Shown: positions 17,080 to 24,465 of the stretch, in pieces
Numbering within the stretch: the stretch's first letter is position 1
Layout of the letters: every line of letters begins with the position of its first letter
Source of the DNA: Chloroflexota bacterium
GTDB taxonomy: Bacteria > Chloroflexota > Chloroflexia > Thermomicrobiales > UBA6265
DNA length: 25,660 bases
Assembly: GCA_019348515.1 (NCBI GenBank)
Contig: JAHWJF010000001.1
Coordinates: 2,692-28,351, forward strand
Direction of reading: 5' to 3'
The notes under the pieces: model-generated
Seen by the model: the letters and a program-made list of their open reading frames with translations, nothing else
What the model was told of the DNA's origin: nothing
Databases searched by the model: none
Program-made: the position numbers and the translations under genes

Positions 17080-18423
17080 TCAGGAAACCGGCGTTCCGGC
17101 GACCGGCGTTCCGGCCGTGTCTTCCGCGGCGAGATCGATCTCCCGGCTGTCTGTTGTCTCGATCGCCTCGCCCTGCACCTGCCAGACGATAATGGTTCCC
17201 TTGGAGACATCGCCGTTTTCGTCGAGGTCGACCGAACCAGCGCCGCCCTCGTAGTTGACGTCCTCACCGGCGTCGATGGCGGCAACAGCCTCCTGCCATC
17301 CCTCCTGGCCGGGTCCCACCGCCGTCCCCGGCTCGTTGGCCACCTCTCGCAGGGCGTCACGAATGGCGGCGGAATCGGTCGAGTCCGCCTGCTCCGCGGC
17401 GAGGGCAATCAGGTAGATGGCGTCATTGATCTCGCGCAGATACGGGACGGCTGGAACCTCGCCGTACGCTTCCTCCCATGCCTGCTCGAACGTCGCGGCG
17501 GCGTCCGTTTCCGGCGCGCCAGCGGCAGTGCCGTAACTCCCCTCGAACACCTCCCAGCCAAGCTCGGCGAACATGTCCGGCGACTGCAGTCCATCACTGA
17601 AGATCACACTCGGCGCATCCCCGCTTTCCACTAACTCTCGGAGAAAGACGCGTCCGCTCTCAGGGTAGGCGGCCGCGATCAGGACATCAGGATCGCCCTC
17701 GGTGCAACTAGCGATCTCCGAGGCATAGCTGGCTTGCTCCTGCTCGTGTGGCACCTGTGCTGTGATCGTGCCGCCCTCGGCCGTGAATCGGTCCGCGAAG
17801 GCCTCGTTCAGTCCCTGGCCGTAGGCGTTGTTCACGTAGAGGACGCAGGCCGACTCGAAGCCCTGCTCCCGGGCCACGTCAGCCATCACGACACCCTGGG
17901 CGGCGTCGGAGATAACGGTCCGGAAAAGAAAGTCATTGTCATTCGCGATCGTCAGCGCGGGCGAGGTGGCCGACATGGTGATTTCCAGCACTCCGGCCGG
18001 TCCGGTGACCGATTCAGCGACCGGGAGCGTCTCACCACTGCCCGCCGGACCGACGATCGCCGACACTCCCTCGAGCTCGATGAGGCGGCGTGCCTCCTCC
18101 ACCGCCTGCTGCGGAGATGTCGCGGAATCACCCTGGACCAGCTCGATCGGCTGACCATTGACCCCGCCGGCCTCGTTGATCTGATTCACCGCGAGCTCCG
18201 CCGCCTGGAGGAAGGGTTGCCCGAAGTCAGAGAGGTCACCAGTGAAGGGGAAGAGGACAGCGATGCGCAATGGCTCCGCCTCATCCTGCGCGCGGGCGCC
18301 CTCGCCTGCATAGGTTGCGACGAGTGGAACCAGCAGCAACAGCGCCGCGGTGGCGCGCAACCCCCAGCGGCGAGACGCGCACCGCGTTGCCGTGGTGTTC
18401 TGGCGGAACTGGCCAATCAACAT
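17080..18423 (-). CDS. HAAT ABC transporter substrate-binding protein (type I periplasmic-binding fold)
   Basis: ATG 18423 with RBS AGGGAGGT and signal peptide ending ARA-QD. Segments LFPFTGDL..FG, GGVNGQPI, SATSPALT, FLFRTVISDAAQG and YVNNAYGQG. C-terminal AGTPVAGTPVS is encoded by a 14-bp direct repeat. Confidence 0.88.
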   Translation of the reverse strand: MLIGQFRQNTTATRCASRRWGLRATAALLLLVPLVATYAGEGARAQDEAEPLRIAVLFPFTGDLSDFGQPFLQAAELAVNQINEAGGVNGQPIELVQGDSATSPQQAVEEARRLIELEGVSAIVGPAGSGETLPVAESVTGPAGVLEITMSATSPALTIANDNDFLFRTVISDAAQGVVMADVAREQGFESACVLYVNNAYGQGLNEAFADRFTAEGGTITAQVPHEQEQASYASEIASCTEGDPDVLIAAAYPESGRVFLRELVESGDAPSVIFSDGLQSPDMFAELGWEVFEGSYGTAAGAPETDAAATFEQAWEEAYGEVPAVPYLREINDAIYLIALAAEQADSTDSAAIRDALREVANEPGTAVGPGQEGWQEAVAAIDAGEDVNYEGGAGSVDLDENGDVSKGTIIVWQVQGEAIETTDSREIDLAAEDTAGTPVAGTPVS

Positions 18424-18776
18424 CCTGACCTCCCTTTTCATCTCTCGGAACACTGGCCTATGAGTAACCCGACCGATGCGGACTCACTGTGGAGACAGGC
18501 TTCTCCTCATGTAGTGGATTGGCGCCAGCACGAATGGTGCCAAGCCTCGTTCGCCCAGGCGAACGAACACATTGAAAGGAAGAGAGTGGGGTCTCCTACG
18601 TGGAGCCGTCGGTGATGCCAAGTTCAGGGCGGGATGGTAAATGCGGGGGTTAATCGCGGCATTGCGGGGAAACCTCCATCCGAGGAGTATTGAGATGAAC
18701 ACAGGTAATGATCGACAGGCATAATAACATCACGCTTCGCCCTCCTCGCCATGACTTGAGGCTATTCGAGATCAGC

Positions 18777-19532
18777 ATGACCGAATCGGACCGTCAACTC
18801 ATCCTCCTCACGGGCGCCGCCGGGCGGATAGGTAGCGCGTTCCGGCAGGCATGCGGCGAGCAGTACCGTTTCCGGCTGGCTGATCTCAACACCGACGCCC
18901 TTGCCGATACGCCGGGGACGGACCACGAGATCGTTCGCCTCGACGTCGCCGATGCAGATGCGTGTCGGGAGGCCTGCGCGGAAATCGACACCGTGATCCA
19001 CCTGGCGGCTGATCCTTCACCGGAGGCTGACTGGGAGAGCTCGCTCCTGCCGAACAACATCCGCGGCACGGTCAACGTCTTTCAGGCCGCGCACGAGGCG
19101 GGGTGCCGCCGGGTCGTCTTCGCCAGCAGCGTCCACGCGATCATCGGCTATCCGCCCGGTGAGACCGTCGCGGATGACGCCCCTCCTCGCCCGACGAATC
19201 TCTACGGCGCAAGCAAGGTCTTCGGAGAAGCGGTGGCTTCTCGTTTTTCAGCGGACGGGCTCTCTGGAATCGCCGTCCGTATTGGGGCCTACGACGCCCC
19301 CTGGTTCCATGAACATGGAACGGCTACTGACGCAATGGCCTACGTCAGTGCCCGTGATCTCAATGATCTCCTGGTGCGCTGTGTCGAGACGCCGGACATT
19401 GCGTATGCGATTGTCGCGGGAATCTCCGACAACGCCCGCAAGCGGTTCGACCTGGTCCGCACCCGGGAGCTTCTCGGCTACGAACCGCGGGACGATGGCT
19501 TCAACGTGCTAGGGATTGACGCGACGCGGTGA
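18777..19532 (+). CDS. NAD(P)-dependent epimerase/dehydratase family protein (extended SDR, uronate-dehydrogenase-like)
   Basis: LLTGAAGRIGS, VIHLAA, NNIRGT.NVF, FASS.HA, YxxxK in LYGASK, and VRIG. Start ATG 18777. Substrate unknown. Confidence 0.85.
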   Translation: MTESDRQLILLTGAAGRIGSAFRQACGEQYRFRLADLNTDALADTPGTDHEIVRLDVADADACREACAEIDTVIHLAADPSPEADWESSLLPNNIRGTVNVFQAAHEAGCRRVVFASSVHAIIGYPPGETVADDAPPRPTNLYGASKVFGEAVASRFSADGLSGIAVRIGAYDAPWFHEHGTATDAMAYVSARDLNDLLVRCVETPDIAYAIVAGISDNARKRFDLVRTRELLGYEPRDDGFNVLGIDATR

Positions 19533-19690
19533 TAGGGTCATAGGAGAGGGGACCCCTCGGGAGGGGACTGAGGGTGATAGGCAGTTACGCTACCTGTGTT
19601 GCATGGCAGAACCCTCCACCATTCGTCGGTGCACACTGCTCGGGGATTGGGAAAAACCTCCTATCCCCCCATCCCCCCATCACCCTCTTC
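19528..19690. repeat. Inverted octamer-repeat element between converging genes
   Basis: Left units GGTGATAG (19528), GGTCATAG (19536) and GGTGATAG (19573). Right units CTATCCCC, CCATCCCC and CCATCACC (19661-19684) are reverse-complement relatives of the left units. Confidence 0.6.
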
Positions 19691-20314
19691 ATCGCACGGC
19701 ATATTGACGTAGCCGCTCTTGAACGGCAGCACTTTGCCCTCCTCGGGGAGGAAGCGGTGCCGCCAGATACAGCCGTTATCGATACCAAGCAAGTGGAGTG
19801 AGACTGACGTCTCCGGCGAGGTCGTGCGCACCCGGTGGATATCCGTCTCGGGCAGCAGTTCGTAGAAATCGCCCGGCTGCAGCGCCCGGCTCTCCACGAT
19901 CGTCAACGACGCCTCGTCTTCACGTGACCCGTCGTCGGTGCGGGTGAAGACGTCCTCGTCCTGGGTGCCGCGGTAGAGTCCGACCAATCCCCAGGCGAGA
20001 TGGTCATGCACGGGGGTCTGCGCCCCGGACGGAACAACCAGCGCCGAGAGGGCGAGGCCGCCGTCGCCAGCGCGGTAAAGGAGCCACGTACCGATCCCGG
20101 AGCCCATGCCGCCGTCCGCGGCCGGCTCCTGGTACTGGGCGGGGAGCCAGGTCTTGTCCGCGAGCAGGTCAACGAAATGCGGCCGGATGGCGGCCAGGAT
20201 CTCCCGGGGATCATCACGGTCTTGCTGGATGCGGGTAACCTCGGCGATAAACGCGCGGAGTCGTGGGTTATCGACGACGTACTCATCCTGTCCAGTCTCA
20301 GTCGTGGCAGTCAT
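19661..20314 (-). CDS. Cysteine dioxygenase type I / 3-mercaptopropionate dioxygenase-like cupin
   Basis: QTPVHDHLAWGLVG (His-x-His plus Gly), DIHRV (third His) and SVSLH. ATG 20314 follows GGAGGT. Confidence 0.8.
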   Translation of the reverse strand: MTATTETGQDEYVVDNPRLRAFIAEVTRIQQDRDDPREILAAIRPHFVDLLADKTWLPAQYQEPAADGGMGSGIGTWLLYRAGDGGLALSALVVPSGAQTPVHDHLAWGLVGLYRGTQDEDVFTRTDDGSREDEASLTIVESRALQPGDFYELLPETDIHRVRTTSPETSVSLHLLGIDNGCIWRHRFLPEEGKVLPFKSGYVNMPCDEEGDGGMGG

Positions 20315-20617
20315 GAGAACCTCCATCATGGTTCGCTGTCGCGTGTGAGCACGATGCCACAGCCTACACCTATTTGTAGGCACGCGGCATGCAGCCTGCG
20401 AAACCATTCGCATAGAGCACGGTGCGACGATCGAGTATGAGACGGACCGGTCCCTGGCATTCTTCGATGTTGCATCCGGGAGTTACAGGTGCAACGTATC
20501 GGGGACCCCAAAGTCGTCGTTCAGGAGGCAGCCTGTTGACACGCTCCTGAAAGAATGCGAAACGTGACGGACAATCTGAAGGTCTTGTCATGAAGCGGCC
20601 AGAGGAGAAGACGCGCG

Positions 20618-21556
20618 ATGCGCATTGCCACCTTCGATGACACAAGGATAGGCGTCGTCGCAAACGACGATACGGTCGTCGATGCCACCGATCTCGTGGA
20701 GCAGTTCGAGCCCCTGGGACCTGAGGATCTCCTGCCGGACCTGATCACCCACTTTGGCGACCTCAGACCGGAGTTGGAGCGCAGGGTCACCGCCGGCGGC
20801 GGTACCCCGCTTCAGGAGGTGCACCTTCGCTCCCCGCTCACCCGGCCATCGAAGATCATCTGCCTGATGGGCAACTACCGTGAGGGTACCGACCGGCCCT
20901 TACAGATCCTGGATCTCTTCTTCAAATCTCCGGAAAAGATCTCCGGGCCTGGCGACACCGTCATCCTACCGCCTCATCAGGCCAACATCTTCCATCATGA
21001 AGGTGAGATCGCCGTCGTCATTGGCCGCGAAGCGAAAGATCTGAACGCGGAGGAGGCGATGGACGCCGTCTTCGGCTATGTCGCCTACAACGATATTTCC
21101 GCTCGCGGCCTCGGGCGCTCCGGGATCAATAGCTTCCTCGGCAAGTCGTTCGACACCTTCGCCGCGTTCGGCCCGTGGATCGTGACCAAGGACGAGATCC
21201 CTGACCCGCAGACCCTCAGCATCACTGTCGACGTCAACGGCGAGCGTCGCCAGGATTATTCGACGAGCGACATGGAGCGGCCAGTCCCGGAGCTGCTCAC
21301 CTACATCTCCTCGGTGACGACGCTTCATCCCGGAGATGTCATCTGCTGCGGCACGAACCATCAAGGTTTGGGCTCGATGCAGGATGGTGACGCGGTCGTC
21401 ACCACCGTGTCCGGTGTGGGGTCGTTCACGCTCCATGTGCGAGACGAGCACGAGCGGGCCTGGCAGCGTGGGATCGACCGCGAGGCGGGCGAGCGCGTGA
21501 AGGCCGCGGCACAACATCCGGTGGCACAGGCGCCAGTCAGTGGAGGGTCCGCCTAA
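20618..21556 (+). CDS. Fumarylacetoacetate hydrolase (FAH) family protein, paralog A
   Basis: PSKIICLMGNY, FFKSP, HHEGEIAVVIG, YNDISAR, GKSFDTF..FGPWIVT and PGDVI.CGT. RBS GAGGAG. Confidence 0.9.
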   Translation: MRIATFDDTRIGVVANDDTVVDATDLVEQFEPLGPEDLLPDLITHFGDLRPELERRVTAGGGTPLQEVHLRSPLTRPSKIICLMGNYREGTDRPLQILDLFFKSPEKISGPGDTVILPPHQANIFHHEGEIAVVIGREAKDLNAEEAMDAVFGYVAYNDISARGLGRSGINSFLGKSFDTFAAFGPWIVTKDEIPDPQTLSITVDVNGERRQDYSTSDMERPVPELLTYISSVTTLHPGDVICCGTNHQGLGSMQDGDAVVTTVSGVGSFTLHVRDEHERAWQRGIDREAGERVKAAAQHPVAQAPVSGGSA

Positions 21557-22450
21557 ATGAGGCTTGTACTGACCCGTGACGACCGAATCGGCGTGCTGCG
21601 AGACGGCGGCATGGTCGATGTCTCCGACGCCTTCGTCGACATCCGATATCGCACGGCCGCCGACCGCATGCCCCGTGTGCTGGCGACGTTGCGGGACCGG
21701 CGGCCAGGCATCGAGGAGATGGTGGCAGGCGGGGAAACGTTGCCGCTCCCTGAGCTACAGGCCCCGGTGCCACGCCCACCCAAGCTGATCGCCGCGTTCG
21801 GCAACTACCGAGAGGGTTCGGATCGCGAACGGCAGACACAGGACATGTTTCTGGAGAGCCCTGATTCGGTTATCGGCCCCAACGGAACCGTCGTTCTTCC
21901 GAACCATCCGGCATCCATCTTTCACCATGAAGCCGAGCTCGCGCTGGTCGTCGGCCAGCAGGCGAAGGACCTGCCGGCCGATGACCGGGCACTCGGGGCC
22001 CTGGTGGGGTACACCTGTGCCATCGACGTCTCAGCGCGCGGTCTGGGGCGCATCGGACCCAGCCGCATTGGAAAATCGTTCGACACGTTCACCCCGCTCG
22101 GTCCAGCCATCGTCACCATCGACGAAGTTCCCGATCCCCAAGATCTGCACGTGACTTTGGCGGTGAACAGTGAGCCGCGACAGGACTACTCGACGAGAGA
22201 CATGGAGTACAGCGTCGTCGAGATCCTGGCGTTCATCAGCTCCTACATGACGTTGGTTCCAGGAGACGTCGTCATGTGCGGCACGAATCACCAGGGTCTC
22301 GGCGCGTTGCAGGATGGGGACCAGGTCGAGATGACGATCGCCGGGATCGGCACACTCGAGATGTCCGTGCGCGACCCACAGCGCCGTGAGTGGCCGCGCG
22401 GCGTAGACCAGGATATGGCCGCGCGGCAGCGCGCGGTTGGCGCGTCGTAG
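21557..22450 (+). CDS. FAH family protein, paralog B
   Basis: PPKLIAAFGNY, HHEAELALVVG, IDVSAR, GKSFDTF.PLGP and PGDVVMCGT. Starts immediately after paralog A's stop (TAA-ATG). Confidence 0.9.
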   Translation: MRLVLTRDDRIGVLRDGGMVDVSDAFVDIRYRTAADRMPRVLATLRDRRPGIEEMVAGGETLPLPELQAPVPRPPKLIAAFGNYREGSDRERQTQDMFLESPDSVIGPNGTVVLPNHPASIFHHEAELALVVGQQAKDLPADDRALGALVGYTCAIDVSARGLGRIGPSRIGKSFDTFTPLGPAIVTIDEVPDPQDLHVTLAVNSEPRQDYSTRDMEYSVVEILAFISSYMTLVPGDVVMCGTNHQGLGALQDGDQVEMTIAGIGTLEMSVRDPQRREWPRGVDQDMAARQRAVGAS

Positions 22451-22655
22451 TCCGGATGGGGATGAAACTCGGGACGCAAGAGCCAACCGCTGTTTGGCTG
22501 AACTGCCCTTTCCAGAAGTCAATTAGGGCCGATTTACCTATCGTCAAGGAACGAAAGGAGTGGCAGCGGGACGAGTCGGTGACCGTCATAATTGGCCGCG
22601 AACCTATGCTAGGGTAGCGACCGCTAGCCGGTGATAACTGCAAAGGAGCAGGAGC

Positions 22656-24356
22656 ATGAGCCAGCGTGACCAGCGGAATGAGTGGGGAACGATCCCAATG
22701 ACGGAGCAGTTACTCGGGCGGCGAGCGAGCCGGCGCTCTATTGTGCGCGCGGGAGCGGTCGGCGCGGCGGGATTCGTGGGGGCCGGGACCATTTCCCGTA
22801 CGGGAGCCGCCGCCGCAATCAGCGGGACACTACGGTCGCCGAAACCCCTGGGCCAGACCGCCGACGAAGGCATACGCGGCGGCCGATTACGGGTTGCCAC
22901 CACCGGGCAGCCGGCGGGATTGGATGGTCATCTGGTTGGCCAGCGCACCATCACGCTGATCGGCTGGAACATGTTCGAGGCGCTATTCACCTTCGATGCC
23001 GACTACGCGACCGTCCCGATGCTGGCTGAGGGGATCGACGTCAGCGAGGATGGACTAACGAACAGGATCACGTTGCGCCAGGGCGTCCCGTTCCACAATG
23101 GGGACGAGATGCAGGCCGCTGACGTGATCGCCTCGTTCAATCGCTGGGCCCCGGTTAGCAGCCTGGGGTTGGCCATCAACGCGTTCCTCGATGAGATCGT
23201 CGAGGTCGATCCCTACACCGTCGAGATCAAGCTCACGAGTCCGCTCGTCGCGTTGCCGAGTCTGCTGGCGCGCCAGCAACAAGGGCTCTCCATCCACCCC
23301 AGATCGATCATGGAAGCGGCGGCATCGGAGCCGATGACCGATGAGCAGTACATCGGCACCGGCCCCTATCAGTTTGTCGAACGCCAGGCGGACCGATTCA
23401 CCCTGCTCCGGCGATTCGAGGACTACGTTGGCGTTGAGAACGACCCGAGCGGATATGCGGGCCGCAAGCCTGCCTATCTTGACGAACTCGAATTCATCCC
23501 CGTGCCAGAGGAGGCGGCGCGCGTCGCTGGGTTGCAGTCCGGGGAATACAACTATCTCGAGGAGATAATTCCCGATCAGATCGCCGTCCTGCAGGATTAC
23601 CCTGGTGTCACGATCGAGATCCTGCCCCCGCGCAGTTACGGCGTCGTCATCATGAACACGATCGCGGGTCCAATGAGCGATCAGAAGATCCGTCAGGCGG
23701 TGCAGGCGGCGATTGAGGTCGAGTCGAGCGGTCAAGCCACACACGGCGAGGGATACTTCGAGCTCGGCCCCGGCATCATGTTGCCGCAGACCGTGTGGAA
23801 CTCAGACGTTTCCGCCGAGCTCTACAACCAGAACAATCCGGAGAAGGGGCGCCAACTCCTCGAAGAGGCCGGCTACGATGGTACGCCAATTCGCTTCCTG
23901 GCAACCCAGGAGGATCTAGGCGATTACAACGCGGCCGTCGTTGCCCAGCAACAGATGGAAGCGGCCGGCTTCACCGTCACGCTGGAGGTGACCGACGAGG
24001 CGACGCTCGACGAGAACCTGGAGGATGATGAGCGGTGGGACGTGACCACGAACGCGATCGTGTTCCGACCCGATCCGGTCCTCATCGCCCCATTCGCGAG
24101 CTGTTCGTGGGATGGTGGTTGGTGCTCGGAGGAGAAGGTCGCGGCGGTCGAGCGGCTACAGACTGAGCCTGATTTCGAGGCTCGTTACGCGGCGCTCGAG
24201 GATCTGCAGCGGCTGTGGTACGAGCAGGCGCCCATGGTGAAACTTGTCAACAACTACGGCGTCGCAGCGCTGACGTCAAATGTGCAAGGTCTTCTGGGCC
24301 GCATGCACTTCGAGATCGAGCCCGAGTTTGCAAACGCCTGGTTGGAAGAGGCCTAA
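22656..24356 (+). CDS. Peptide/nickel-type ABC transporter substrate-binding protein (family 5, DppA/OppA-like) with twin-arginine signal
   Basis: RBS AAGGAG/GGAG and SRRSIV signal. Family-5 segments PMLAE..VSEDG, LRQGVPFHNG..M.AADVIAS and IGTGPY, with permeases downstream. Confidence 0.9.
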   Translation: MSQRDQRNEWGTIPMTEQLLGRRASRRSIVRAGAVGAAGFVGAGTISRTGAAAAISGTLRSPKPLGQTADEGIRGGRLRVATTGQPAGLDGHLVGQRTITLIGWNMFEALFTFDADYATVPMLAEGIDVSEDGLTNRITLRQGVPFHNGDEMQAADVIASFNRWAPVSSLGLAINAFLDEIVEVDPYTVEIKLTSPLVALPSLLARQQQGLSIHPRSIMEAAASEPMTDEQYIGTGPYQFVERQADRFTLLRRFEDYVGVENDPSGYAGRKPAYLDELEFIPVPEEAARVAGLQSGEYNYLEEIIPDQIAVLQDYPGVTIEILPPRSYGVVIMNTIAGPMSDQKIRQAVQAAIEVESSGQATHGEGYFELGPGIMLPQTVWNSDVSAELYNQNNPEKGRQLLEEAGYDGTPIRFLATQEDLGDYNAAVVAQQQMEAAGFTVTLEVTDEATLDENLEDDERWDVTTNAIVFRPDPVLIAPFASCSWDGGWCSEEKVAAVERLQTEPDFEARYAALEDLQRLWYEQAPMVKLVNNYGVAALTSNVQGLLGRMHFEIEPEFANAWLEEA

Positions 24357-24372
24357 CGGCTACCCCTGGTCC

Positions 24373-24417
24373 CCCGCCCCCTCTCTCTGTCAGCGCCCGA
24401 CGGGAGAGGGGAGCGGG
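24373..24417 (+). other. REP-like intercistronic stem-loop (CCCCTCTC...GAGAGGGG) after the DppA-like gene
   Basis: CCCGC-CCCCTCTCTCTGTC pairs with GACGGGAGAGGGG-A-GCGGG. Confidence 0.65.
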
Positions 24418-24465
24418 CGCGTCGCGGGGAACCTCAACTGATCTCGACTCGCGCGGAGACTGCGC

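Noticed and set aside
17734-18615. 293-aa plus-strand ORF, and similar long shadows (5355-6176, 9619-10305, 8480-9112, 23055-23744, 24841-25494)
   Set aside because: All are antisense to confident genes and have no recognisable domains.
18640-18720. Fragments resembling c-di-AMP (GGGGTTAATC, GCGGGGAAACC) and TPP (TGAGA...CAGGTAATG) riboswitches
   Set aside because: The elements are in the wrong order or incomplete. The CCCGAACCCGTCAGCTAAC and ACCC/CCTGAT cores are missing.
20536-20541. TTGACA upstream of FAH-A as a full promoter
   Set aside because: There is no TAnnnT at the canonical spacing, so it is not listed as a feature.
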